A model generated the notes under the pieces. It ran no database searches, was not told the DNA's origin, and was given only the letters and a program-made list of their open reading frames with translations. DNA of 64,000 nt from Anaerovorax sp. GTDB lineage: Bacteria; Bacillota; Clostridia; Peptostreptococcales; Anaerovoracaceae. Positions 16,755 to 26,483 of the stretch are shown piece by piece; position 1 is the stretch's first letter, and every line of letters starts with the position of its first letter. The DNA is taken from positions 12,906 through 76,905 of the forward strand of contig JAYFPL010000077.1 in assembly GCA_034927775.1 (NCBI GenBank), read 5' to 3'. Position numbers and translations under genes: made by a program.

Positions 16755-16867
16755 CCGTTTTCCTCAACCTGCATTTTCTGGTGGACTCACCTCTTTCTTT
16801 CTTGTTTGTAGTTTTATTATAACAAAGAAAAATACATTTGCAAGTGTTTTCTGAAAATTCTTTTAAT

Positions 16868-17254
16868 TTATCGGAAAGCCAGCGCTAAAAAAACACCGGT
16901 TAATGTCCATGATAAGTATGTAAATTGTGATAAATAGTTTGCAATCCATGGAAATGGAAGCAAAGGAAGTAACAAATACAGTAACGGTGCAATCGCAATC
17001 ACCAAGAAAATAAAGATAGGAAATAAATACACATACTTATTCTTGGTGAATCGCATGGAAACCATACTTCCCGCTGCAATCCCAATGACAAGATAGACCA
17101 TATACATCGCAATCGAGGAAACAAACCTTAAGTTACCCGATGCATTTGCATATATGGCAAGCTGCTTGCTCAACCAGGTGCCAAAAACCATGAGAAAAAC
17201 AATCAGCAGAGTTCTCACAATTAACTTCATTGCATTTGGCATGAATTCCGTCAT
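16868..17254 (-). CDS. Small polytopic membrane protein, unknown function
   Basis: 128 aa with 4 predicted TM helices. 4-nt overlap with the citrate synthase stop. Confidence 0.5.
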   Translation of the reverse strand: MTEFMPNAMKLIVRTLLIVFLMVFGTWLSKQLAIYANASGNLRFVSSIAMYMVYLVIGIAAGSMVSMRFTKNKYVYLFPIFIFLVIAIAPLLYLLLPLLPFPWIANYLSQFTYLSWTLTGVFLALAFR

Positions 17255-18639
17255 CCTTTCAATTTGATTCGTCTGTTCATTGGTACATACTCTTTACGTG
17301 GACAAACATTCATATATGCAGGTCGAATAATTTTACCTGCATTGATCAGTTCTTCAACACGATGCGCACTCCATCCAGAAATACGCGCAATCGCAAAAAT
17401 AGGAGTATAAAGCTCCAGCGGTAAATCCAGCATACTATAAACAAAGCCGCTGTAAAAGTCGATATTGGCACTGACGCCCTTGTACATCTTTCTCTCTTCA
17501 GAGATGACCTCTCCTGCCAATTTTTCAACCAAAGAGTAAAGGCGAAATTCTTCCATTCTTCCTTTTTCTTTTGATAGATTTTCAACAAATTTTTTAAAAA
17601 TATTTGCTCTTGGATCTGATAAGGAATAAATTGCATGCCCCATACCATAAATCAACCCAGCCTTGTCAAAGGCTTCTTTATGAAGCAATGCACGCAAATA
17701 ACGCTCTACTTCCTCTTCATCCGTCCAATCCTTCAACGTTTTTTTCATATCTGCAAACATTTGAACTACTTTTATATTTGCTCCGCCATGCTTCGGTCCT
17801 TTAAGTGAACCTAAAGAAGCAGCAACGACCGAATATGTATCGGTTCCGGAAGAAGAAATAACATGCGTCGTAAATGTGGAATTGTTACCTCCACCATGTT
17901 CTGCATGAAGCACCAATGCCAGATCTAAGATACGAGCTTCTAATTCGGTATATTTTGAATCCGCTCTAAGTAAATGCAATATATTTTCCGCAGTAGAAAG
18001 TTCTGGCTTTGGTGTATGAATGAATAAACTATCCCCATCAAAATAATGTTTATAAGCTTGATAGCCGTAAACGGAAAGAAGCGGGAATAACGAAATCATC
18101 AAAAGACATTGCCGAAGAACATTAGGAATAGAAATGTCATTGGCTTTTGTATCATATGCATATAACGTCAATACACTTCTGGCTAAGGTGTTCATCATAT
18201 CCGAACTTGGTGCCTTCATAATAATATCTCGTACAAAGCTCGTCGGTAAAGTACGATACTGCGCCAGCAAAGTTCGAAAATCGTCTAATTCTTCTTTCGT
18301 AGGTAAGGTTCCGAAAAGCAAGAGATAAGTTGTTTCTTCAAAACCAAAACGTTTATCGTTAATAAAGCCTTTTACTAACTCATCAATACTAATGCCACGA
18401 TAAAACAATTGCCCGTCACATGGCACTTTCTCTTCATTAATAATTTTTGAAGCTTCGATTTCAGAAATTTCCGTGAGACCCGTCAACACTCCGTTTCCAT
18501 TTAAATCACGAAGTCCACGATTCACTTTATATTTACTGTATAGCTTTGCCTCAATGGAACTATTGCTCTTGCAAAGATCCGATAAATCTAATAGCTCCTG
18601 TGTGATTTTTGAATAAGACTCATCCAACGTATTAAACAT
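17251..18639 (-). CDS. Citrate synthase / 2-methylcitrate synthase family
   Basis: LVLHAEHGGGNNSTF, GPKHGGAN and GMGHAIY are citrate synthase catalytic motifs. Start moved to ATG 18639 (MFNTLDES) behind an AGGGGGA RBS. Confidence 0.85.
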   Translation of the reverse strand: MFNTLDESYSKITQELLDLSDLCKSNSSIEAKLYSKYKVNRGLRDLNGNGVLTGLTEISEIEASKIINEEKVPCDGQLFYRGISIDELVKGFINDKRFGFEETTYLLLFGTLPTKEELDDFRTLLAQYRTLPTSFVRDIIMKAPSSDMMNTLARSVLTLYAYDTKANDISIPNVLRQCLLMISLFPLLSVYGYQAYKHYFDGDSLFIHTPKPELSTAENILHLLRADSKYTELEARILDLALVLHAEHGGGNNSTFTTHVISSSGTDTYSVVAASLGSLKGPKHGGANIKVVQMFADMKKTLKDWTDEEEVERYLRALLHKEAFDKAGLIYGMGHAIYSLSDPRANIFKKFVENLSKEKGRMEEFRLYSLVEKLAGEVISEERKMYKGVSANIDFYSGFVYSMLDLPLELYTPIFAIARISGWSAHRVEELINAGKIIRPAYMNVCPRKEYVPMNRRIKLKG

Positions 18640-18704
18640 ACAATTCCCCCTTTCTTTTGCCCCTTTTATATCTATTTGCTTTCGATTCAAAATATATCGC
18701 AATC

Positions 18705-19085
18705 TTATAGTTCTGCGATAACCTCGATTTCTACAAGCGCATCCTTCGGCAATCGCGCAACTTCTACTGCCGATCTGGATGGATATGCACCTTCAGTAAA
18801 GAATGTACCATATACAGCATTCATTGCTGCAAAATCATCCATATTCTTAATAAACACGGTTGTCTTTATCACCTTGTCCATAGAGCTTCCTGCTTCTTCT
18901 AAAATAGCTTTGATATTTGATAAAGACTGCTTTGTCTGTTCTTCAATTCCTCCCTCAACAATAGCTCCTGTTTCTGGATTTAGAGGAATTTGTCCGGAAG
19001 CAAAAATCAAATTTCCAAAAATATTACCCTGTGCATAAGGTCCGATCGCTGCCGGTGCTTTTTTCGTAGCAATTGCTTTTTTCAT
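18705..19085 (-). CDS. ridA: RidA family reactive-intermediate deaminase
   Basis: [11 protein letters not shown]...[11 protein letters not shown]...[15 protein letters not shown] are YjgF/RidA hallmarks. Confidence 0.9.
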   Translation of the reverse strand: MKKAIATKKAPAAIGPYAQGNIFGNLIFASGQIPLNPETGAIVEGGIEEQTKQSLSNIKAILEEAGSSMDKVIKTTVFIKNMDDFAAMNAVYGTFFTEGAYPSRSAVEVARLPKDALVEIEVIAEL

Positions 19086-19134
19086 TTTTCTTTTCTCCTT
19101 TTCTATCTTATATTAATTTATTTTTATAAACTAT

Positions 19135-21168
19135 TTATTCAGTCGTACTTAATATTGTACTGTATTTCTCTACCTGACTGATTTTTAATTTACTTAAATC
19201 AGAAATATCCGTTCCATCCGGCACACGTAATGTTTTGGTATCCAAATACGTAGTATCTATCAATTCTCCGTCTATCGTCAGTACACTATATGGTGTGAAA
19301 TTCTCTCCTTTAATGTAAACATGATTTTGGATTGTAAAAGCGTCTGTAATACGGATATTTTTAATGCCCATACGCATGTTGGCCTGCTCATAAGGTGTTT
19401 CTCCATTATAAACATATTGCTTTCCATATAGCATATCATACTGCAATGCCTTTAGATCAAGCAAATAACTTGCTTTACCTTGTTGGGTTTGATGGAATTT
19501 GGTTAAAATACCATTATTAATTCCAAGACGTCCAAGTACAGTTGCAGAAAGCTGATAAGATTTTAAATCTGTATCAATTTTTCTCATTCGGAAATTGCTC
19601 CAAATGACATATTCCGTTTCATAAACATCTCCATTCTTCAAAATATCATTCGAAATTTCTAAACTAGGCAGATGATCTCCATATAATACCACAACAACGT
19701 CTTCATCGTATTCTGATAAAGTACCGGTCAATTCTTTAATAAACTGATCCATTTCATAAATCTGATTGACATAATATTCATAAGCATACGCATCTGCTTT
19801 GTTTTCAATCCCTCCTACCGTAATGGCTGGATTATTGTATACTTTTTTACCAGGGTACTTACCATGACCCTGTACCGAAACGGTAAAAACTAAATCCTTT
19901 TGCTCTGTAGAATTAAGAGCCGTCATAATTTCTTCCGTCAGAACTTTGTCCTTAGCCCATTTTCTAGGATTCATTTCTGCATTAGACATATATTCTAATG
20001 ATGTAAAAGTATCAAAGCCTAAGTTTGGATAGACCTCATTTCTTCCATAGAAAACCCCTCTATGGTTATGAATTGCATGAGTCGAATAACCAAGCTCCTT
20101 CAAGTTATATGCGATTGTTTCTGTAGTATGATCCTTTAATACCGTTTTATATGGATACTCTCCCGGTCCAAAGAATCGAACACGCATTCCAGAGAGAACT
20201 TCCAATTCTGTATTGGCTGTTCCAGCTCCAATGGAAGGTACCATTAAGTATCCTGTGCTATATTTTTTTTGCAATGCATGAAAATTTGGAATAGGATCTT
20301 CTGAAACTTCCAATCCTTTTATTAAAGTTGGATCAAAAAAGGACTCCAATTGTACTATAACAATGTTAGGTGTACGTTTTTCCTGAGAAAGTAAGCCTGA
20401 TGTTGCTGCAGTCGTATCTTGCTGCCCTTCTTGAAGTATTTGTGCCATCTTCTCTTTTGAATATCCAGAAGGAAGTCCTACACCAGTATTTAACCATGTA
20501 TTAATAAAACAATACGGAAAACCATAATCATCGTATGCATATCCTAAATTTCCAAAAACAGTCGACAACCAATTTTGCCGAAGACCAAGCTGCGTGGAAC
20601 CAGTTAAACTGAGTGCTACAATTAAAATGACAAAAACACTTTTTTTTAAACTATAGTTTTTGCATTTCGGTGCAAACAAGAACAATAAAAGATATAGGAT
20701 TAAGAGCAATATAATTCCTGCCCCTAGTCCCATTAATTCCATGTTTGAAAAATAGTTTGGCAATACCCCCAACCCTGTTTCCATCAAGGATAAGTCTGCG
20801 ACCGTAAATGGCGTCATTCGGAAACTTAGAATCACACCATTTGTCGTACCTAATATTAACCAGATCGATGAAACGACAAAGTACAAAAATACCCTTCGTT
20901 TCACTAAAAGTCCTATGGAAAGTGTAGCTAAAATAATTAAGCCATTATAAAAAAACGCAAACGGATTTTCATGTATGAAAAGAATTAAACTCTTCAGCGA
21001 TCCTCGGCTTACCGTTTCAATGTATAAATCCAACGCTAATGCTAGAAATATACAGTTAATAATTCCATAGTTTAAATGTCTATTATAAAAATCCCGAATG
21101 GGAGATATAAATTTATCGTCATATTTTTTTAAATATTTCTCATAATAATTTTTTAAAAATTTTTTCAT
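19135..21168 (-). CDS. LTA synthase family protein (membrane sulfatase-fold phosphoglycerol transferase)
   Basis: N-terminal 5 TM helices plus an extracellular sulfatase domain (IVIVQLESFFDP, GTANTELEVLSG, LYGDHLP). Confidence 0.8.
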   Translation of the reverse strand: MKKFLKNYYEKYLKKYDDKFISPIRDFYNRHLNYGIINCIFLALALDLYIETVSRGSLKSLILFIHENPFAFFYNGLIILATLSIGLLVKRRVFLYFVVSSIWLILGTTNGVILSFRMTPFTVADLSLMETGLGVLPNYFSNMELMGLGAGIILLLILYLLLFLFAPKCKNYSLKKSVFVILIVALSLTGSTQLGLRQNWLSTVFGNLGYAYDDYGFPYCFINTWLNTGVGLPSGYSKEKMAQILQEGQQDTTAATSGLLSQEKRTPNIVIVQLESFFDPTLIKGLEVSEDPIPNFHALQKKYSTGYLMVPSIGAGTANTELEVLSGMRVRFFGPGEYPYKTVLKDHTTETIAYNLKELGYSTHAIHNHRGVFYGRNEVYPNLGFDTFTSLEYMSNAEMNPRKWAKDKVLTEEIMTALNSTEQKDLVFTVSVQGHGKYPGKKVYNNPAITVGGIENKADAYAYEYYVNQIYEMDQFIKELTGTLSEYDEDVVVVLYGDHLPSLEISNDILKNGDVYETEYVIWSNFRMRKIDTDLKSYQLSATVLGRLGINNGILTKFHQTQQGKASYLLDLKALQYDMLYGKQYVYNGETPYEQANMRMGIKNIRITDAFTIQNHVYIKGENFTPYSVLTIDGELIDTTYLDTKTLRVPDGTDISDLSKLKISQVEKYSTILSTTE

Positions 21169-21192
21169 TTGTAATTTGCATCCTCCAGCAAT

Positions 21193-22065
21193 TTATTTAT
21201 TTGCAATAATATTAGACAAGCTGGCAAACTCCTCAATGCTTAAGGTTTCGGCTCTTCGAATTGGATCAATTCCTGCATCCTTTAATGCCTGTAAAATCTC
21301 ATCCTTTGTTTTTCCCATAACACCCGTTAGAGAGTTTAAAAGTGTTTTTCTTCTTTGTCCAAATCCATTTTTTACAACAGAGAAAAATACAGATTCACTC
21401 GTTAACTCCACAGCTTTTTCTTTTCGCAAATCCAACCGAATAACTGCAGAGTCTACCTTTGGCTGTGGAATAAAGACCTCTTTGGGTACAGAAGCTACCG
21501 AGGCTACTGTGCAATAATACTGTACAGCAACGGAAAGTGCACCATATGCTTTTGTTCCCGGCCCGGATTTAATTCGATCTGCCACTTCTTTTTGCATCAT
21601 AATAGTAATGCTGTCCACCGGAACCGCATCCTCTAATAATTTCATAATAATTGGTGTTGTTATATAATACGGTAAATTCCCAATCACCTTTACACCGGTT
21701 CTCGGTTTTCCGTTTATTTCTTTATATTTCTCAAGCACTTCAACTAAATCCGTTTTTAAAATATCTGCATGCAGTATAGAAATATTATCATATTCTGCTA
21801 GTGTTTCTTTTAATATAGGAATCAAATGGCTATCAATTTCTACTGCCACAATCTTCCCTGCACAAGAAGCTGCCGCCGCAGTCAAAACACCAATTCCGGG
21901 ACCAATTTCAATGACTAAATCATCCTCACCGATTGCTGCGCCTTCAATGATTTTATTTACAATGTTAGCATCTGTCAAAAAATTTTGTCCCAAACTTTTC
22001 GATAAACGAAACCCATGCTTCTCTTTTATTTTTCGAATGGTATTTGGTGAATAGAGCTTGTCCAT
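21193..22065 (-). CDS. rsmA: 16S rRNA (adenine1518/1519-N6)-dimethyltransferase
   Basis: LGQNFLTD, EIGPGIGVLT and GNLPYYITTPI motifs. Confidence 0.93.
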   Translation of the reverse strand: MDKLYSPNTIRKIKEKHGFRLSKSLGQNFLTDANIVNKIIEGAAIGEDDLVIEIGPGIGVLTAAAASCAGKIVAVEIDSHLIPILKETLAEYDNISILHADILKTDLVEVLEKYKEINGKPRTGVKVIGNLPYYITTPIIMKLLEDAVPVDSITIMMQKEVADRIKSGPGTKAYGALSVAVQYYCTVASVASVPKEVFIPQPKVDSAVIRLDLRKEKAVELTSESVFFSVVKNGFGQRRKTLLNSLTGVMGKTKDEILQALKDAGIDPIRRAETLSIEEFASLSNIIANK

Positions 22066-22580
22066 GCTTCTTTAAATTCCTCTCTGGTAATCCCATAATG
22101 ATTCAGCCGGCTAAGAAATACTTTAGTATTTCCATAGCCAATGCCTAGTTTTCTCCCAATATAATCACGCCTCAAAGCGGCATCTTCTGCACCTGCAAGA
22201 CCATATTCAAATAAATCTTGTACAGAAAAAATACTTTCTGTTTTTTTTGACGTACATCTTACTTTTTTTAGTGCTTCTCTTATGTTTTCCACAGATGCAT
22301 TTTCAATGCCTATGTCTCCGTCTTTTTTGGCTTCTTCTTTAGATAAATAAGCGTGTTTTGCATTTGGGAATTTCTCAGATAATCGTTTTCGGATTCTCTC
22401 TCCCGCATGGTCTGGATCGGTAAAAATAATAATTCCCGTATTTTGATATGCTTTTTCAATTAATGAAAAGGTGCTTTGACGAATGCCAAACCCGTGAGTT
22501 GCAATTGTTTCTGCTTCTACCGCACGTTTTACAGCGCTTTCGTCATCCCGACCTTCTACCACAATCACTTCTCGGATCAT
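22026..22580 (-). CDS. rnmV: Ribonuclease M5 (TOPRIM)
   Basis: IVVEGRDDESAVKRAV...IIFTDPDHAGERIR. Confidence 0.85.
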   Translation of the reverse strand: MIREVIVVEGRDDESAVKRAVEAETIATHGFGIRQSTFSLIEKAYQNTGIIIFTDPDHAGERIRKRLSEKFPNAKHAYLSKEEAKKDGDIGIENASVENIREALKKVRCTSKKTESIFSVQDLFEYGLAGAEDAALRRDYIGRKLGIGYGNTKVFLSRLNHYGITREEFKEAWTSSIHQIPFEK

Positions 22581-22603
22581 GTATGTCTAATTCCTCTCTA
22601 TTA

Positions 22604-23092
22604 TTACTGCGGTACAACACTTTTACTTGTGTTGTCCTTCTCTTCTTCATTGTCCTGTTCTTCTTGCTCGCTAGCATTCTTTGGTACAATATAAATCTTT
22701 TCTCCAGATTTAATCATATGAAGCTGTGTTCTAGCCTGTTCTTCAATATATTCCTCACTATTAACTTGCAGCAACTGTTCTTCCAATCTGGCTTGTTCTT
22801 TTAACAGTGCATCTTGTCTTTTCATTTCCTCTTGTTCAGCAGCACTTAATGAAACCAAATTGTACACAGTTAGTCCCATAAGCACAGCAATAAGAAAGAA
22901 AGCCGCTGTGTAGACAAGACGATGGCGAACTATTTTGATTGCACGCCGTTCTGATACATTCGGAGTTTTTTCTTTTGCTTTCTTTTTTTCATAAGCCTCT
23001 TTTCGTTTTTGGTTTCGTTGCCGGCGCACTTCTTCAATGTCTATGATCTGACTGCTTTCTTTAAAAGCGCGGCTTCTTCTTTTTTTCGCCAT
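22604..23092 (-). CDS. Septum formation initiator (FtsB/DivIC family)
   Basis: Basic N-terminus, one TM helix and a coiled coil, then EEYIEEQARTQLHMIKSGEKIYIV. Sits in the yabP-yabQ-divIC synteny. Confidence 0.6.
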   Translation of the reverse strand: MAKKRRSRAFKESSQIIDIEEVRRQRNQKRKEAYEKKKAKEKTPNVSERRAIKIVRHRLVYTAAFFLIAVLMGLTVYNLVSLSAAEQEEMKRQDALLKEQARLEEQLLQVNSEEYIEEQARTQLHMIKSGEKIYIVPKNASEQEEQDNEEEKDNTSKSVVPQ

Positions 23093-23150
23093 GTGCTTCA
23101 CCCAGTCTTTCGGAAAAATAAAAATGCACTATTAATCTTTTTTATTGCTT

Positions 23151-23483
23151 TCATATTTTAGCTTTAGATTTCATTATACCATAAAGCTGGCCAATAAAAA
23201 TTGAAAATTTTTTACTTACACAAAATCTCCACAAACACATTCCGCTAAAAAGAGCGACAAAGCTATGGATGCTTAACTGGCCATAACAACAATAATATAG
23301 AAATGCACAAGTTATAAAGGACGCGAAAATCCAAAAAGTAATTTCTAATATCATTTTCATAAATCCATTTTTCATTCTTTTTCCTTTATAAAGCTCTAAT
23401 AATTGATAGAAGAACATGACCGTTATTCCCGCATAAAACATAACAAAAATATCAAACACTTGTCTATGTATGAGCGGATTCAT
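23151..23483 (-). CDS. yabQ: Spore cortex biosynthesis protein YabQ
   Basis: Small 3-4 TM protein. Its ATG overlaps the yabP stop (ATGA). Synteny supports the call. Confidence 0.6.
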   Translation of the reverse strand: MNPLIHRQVFDIFVMFYAGITVMFFYQLLELYKGKRMKNGFMKMILEITFWIFASFITCAFLYYCCYGQLSIHSFVALFSGMCLWRFCVSKKFSIFIGQLYGIMKSKAKI

Positions 23484-23758
23484 TTCAGCATCCTTTCCAA
23501 CCAATTTTTATCTTGCTTTTCTTTTTTTTCTGTATATGCCATAGAGTGAAAGAAGCCATTCACCACCACTTTTCCTTCTTCTAAATCCAGACTCTGAATG
23601 TGTAAATGATTTCCTTTTAATTGCATTCCTCCTTGATCAATATCTAATAAAACAGTATCCTCATTAAAATTTGCTACATCCTTTACCCCAGTAACAACCA
23701 TTCTTTCTCGGTTCTCCATATAAATGCTATGGGATCTCTTTCCTTTAATATCGTCCAT
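23480..23758 (-). CDS. yabP: Sporulation protein YabP
   Basis: ENRERMVVTGVKDVANFNEDTVLLDIDQGGMQLKGNHLHIQSLDLEEGKVVV. Start at ATG 23758 behind an AAGGAGGTG RBS. Confidence 0.8.
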   Translation of the reverse strand: MDDIKGKRSHSIYMENRERMVVTGVKDVANFNEDTVLLDIDQGGMQLKGNHLHIQSLDLEEGKVVVNGFFHSMAYTEKKEKQDKNWLERMLK

Positions 23759-23809
23759 AAAAAAACACCTCCTTGCCATACACTTTATGACAAGGAGATA
23801 TCTTTTATG

Positions 23810-25636
23810 TTATTCAATGTTTCGTTGCCCTCGAATTGGTGCCAAAGGAAGGATTATGGTTGCCTTTGTGCCCTTTCCTTCATAACTCTCAATTTCTATA
23901 GTGCCTCCATGTTCCTCTACAATCTGCTTTGAAATAGAAAGACCCAGTCCGGTACCTCCCATCGCTCTTGATCTTGCTTTATCAACCCGATAAAAGCGTT
24001 CAAAAATACGAGGAATTTCAGATTCTGCCATACCAATACCGTTATCGGTTACAATTATTTTTGCTTGTCCATCCGTCCTAACCGCATCAATATCAATGCG
24101 GCCACCCTCTTGCGTATATTTGATGGCATTACTTAAAATATTTAACAACACTTGCTCAATGCGATCTTTATCGATGGTAACCATAATTTTCTGCTCACCA
24201 TCAAAAATACAATTAAGATGCTGTTCTTTTTGTTTTGCAGTCATTTCAACCTTTGTTACAACAGATCGTAACAGCCAAATTAAATTGCTATCTTTTTTAT
24301 ACCATTTTTCTTGTTTATAGTCTAATCTAGATAACTGCAATAAGTCTTTTACCAAACGATTCATACGGTCGGCTTCCGTATCAATAATCTTGAGAAAGCT
24401 TTTAGCCACTTCCGTATCTTCAATCGTTCCATCCATTAACGTCTCTGTATAGCTCTTGATTGTCGTTAATGGTGTTTTTAATTCATGGGATACGTTTGCA
24501 ACAAAATCTGTTTGCATATTTTCTAACTTTTGCCGTTCCGTAATGTCTTGCAAAATAATTATAATTCCAACATCTTCTTCATTTTCATCCCGGAAACGAT
24601 CGTATCGAATTGCAAACGCTGAAGCACCATAATTAAAAATTTCCTGTCCGCTTCCTTCTTTGCAGTTCTCTTTTAGATTTTCTAAATCAAATATTTTACT
24701 ATATTTTCGTAAAATATCATTGCAATTCTTCAATTCTAATTCCGGATCCATTATTCCAAGCATTTGCCTTGCTGCTGGATTGGCATGAATAATTCTTCCG
24801 GAAAGATCAATCGCAATCAATCCATCAGCCATATAGTGCAAGATGGTTTCTAATTTACTTTTCTCATTTGAAATTTCTGCTAGTGTAATATTTAACTTTT
24901 CCCTCAGAAGATTAAACATCTCTGCTAAACGTCCAATTTCATCGTCAGACATAACGCTAACTTCTTGGCTGAAATCTCCTTGCGCCATTTTTTCTGCTTT
25001 TTCGGTTACATCATTAATTGGAACAGTAATACTCTTTGCAATAAAAAACCCAAGCACTACCGTTACCAATAAGGCAAGTACCATAGCTCGAATGAAAATT
25101 AATTTAGATTGTGTTAAAAAATCAAAAACATTCGATAGGTCGGCTCTTATGTAAACCGTTCCTGTAATGTTCCCTTGCTCACCGATTGGAAATGCAATGC
25201 TTTTAATTGGAATGTTTGCTAAATTAACACCATCCGCTTCCGCTTGCTTTCCACCTATCATCGCAGTAGTAAGAAGGGTAGTATTTAGTAATTCCGCTGC
25301 ATTTTTTCCAATAATATTTTTGTTTGTAGAAGCAATGATTGTAAAATTGGTATCAACAATGGACATTTCCTCTTGGAAACTATTTTTCCATCCCTGATCC
25401 AAAGTTCTTTGAATTTCTGCACTGTGATTTGCCAGATTATCATATACTTCAAAAGAAGTAAGTAAACCACTGTCTTTTACTGTTTTTGTTAAATTATCTC
25501 GAATAGAGTTGAGTTGATAAACCTCCAACTGATTTACAATGAAAACAGAAACAATCGTCATTGCTATAAAAACCAACAAAAAGTAAATCAGAACAATTCT
25601 CCATCGTATGCTGTTCCATCTCTTAGTCCCAAGCAT
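23810..25636 (-). CDS. Sensor histidine kinase (WalK/VicK-like: TM-extracellular-TM, HAMP, PAS, HisKA, HATPase)
   Basis: H-box FVANVSHELKTPLT, N-box LSNAIKYT, G-boxes DNGIGM and GGTGLGLSI. Confidence 0.85.
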   Translation of the reverse strand: MLGTKRWNSIRWRIVLIYFLLVFIAMTIVSVFIVNQLEVYQLNSIRDNLTKTVKDSGLLTSFEVYDNLANHSAEIQRTLDQGWKNSFQEEMSIVDTNFTIIASTNKNIIGKNAAELLNTTLLTTAMIGGKQAEADGVNLANIPIKSIAFPIGEQGNITGTVYIRADLSNVFDFLTQSKLIFIRAMVLALLVTVVLGFFIAKSITVPINDVTEKAEKMAQGDFSQEVSVMSDDEIGRLAEMFNLLREKLNITLAEISNEKSKLETILHYMADGLIAIDLSGRIIHANPAARQMLGIMDPELELKNCNDILRKYSKIFDLENLKENCKEGSGQEIFNYGASAFAIRYDRFRDENEEDVGIIIILQDITERQKLENMQTDFVANVSHELKTPLTTIKSYTETLMDGTIEDTEVAKSFLKIIDTEADRMNRLVKDLLQLSRLDYKQEKWYKKDSNLIWLLRSVVTKVEMTAKQKEQHLNCIFDGEQKIMVTIDKDRIEQVLLNILSNAIKYTQEGGRIDIDAVRTDGQAKIIVTDNGIGMAESEIPRIFERFYRVDKARSRAMGGTGLGLSISKQIVEEHGGTIEIESYEGKGTKATIILPLAPIRGQRNIE

Positions 25637-25639
25637 CCT

Positions 25640-26338
25640 TTACGGCCTCCTAAAGTAGTATCCGATTCCCCTTTTTGTCATAATGTATTTTGGATCACTG
25701 GAGTCATCTTCCAGTTTTTCTCTTAATCTTCGAACGGTTACATCTACCGTACGAATATCGCCGTAGTATTCATATCCCCAAACTTCTTCTAATAATTGCT
25801 CCCTGGAAAACACTTTGTTTTCACGTTCTGCCAAATATTTTAAAAGTTCAAATTCTCGAAGCGTCAATTCTAAAGGTACTTCATTTTTACGTACCTCATA
25901 ACGATTTAAGTCAATCGCTAAATTTCCAAACTCTTGCACATTAGCTGGTGCATCCTGTAGATCAGATACAAAATCTATTCTTCGAATGTTAGCTTTGATT
26001 CTTGCAATCAATTCACGCATACCAAAAGGCTTCGTAATATAATCGTCTGCTCCAAGCTCCAAACCCAGAACTTTATCAACCTCTTCTTCTTTTGCCGTTA
26101 ACATTAAAATTGGAACAGTACTCGTCTCTCGTATTTTTTTGCACACAAGAAATCCATCCATAATCGGCAGCATAACGTCCAGTAATATCAGATCTGCATT
26201 TAGTGAAAGTGCCTTTGTCAATCCTTCCTGACCGTCATAGGCTGTTTCTACCTGAAACCCTTCTTTGGCTAAATTAAATTTTATAATATCAGAAATGGAT
26301 TTTTCATCTTCAATGATTAAAACCTTCTTTGTCTCCAT
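25640..26338 (-). CDS. OmpR-family response regulator (WalR-like)
   Basis: Receiver domain (LIIEDE...LLDVMLP...MLTAK) plus a winged-helix domain (TLREFELLKYL...RTVDVTVRRLREKL). Confidence 0.9.
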   Translation of the reverse strand: METKKVLIIEDEKSISDIIKFNLAKEGFQVETAYDGQEGLTKALSLNADLILLDVMLPIMDGFLVCKKIRETSTVPILMLTAKEEEVDKVLGLELGADDYITKPFGMRELIARIKANIRRIDFVSDLQDAPANVQEFGNLAIDLNRYEVRKNEVPLELTLREFELLKYLAERENKVFSREQLLEEVWGYEYYGDIRTVDVTVRRLREKLEDDSSDPKYIMTKRGIGYYFRRP

Positions 26339-26483
26339 TCTTTTCCTCCTTAACCAAATCCCCTTATTTAATAGTACAAACTATTTCTATTATAGCAAAT
26401 AATCAATTCTCAGTCAAAAAAATAAGCAAAGCGGATTACTTCTGCATATTATAAATCAAATTTAGAAATTGGAGTTGAATTTT

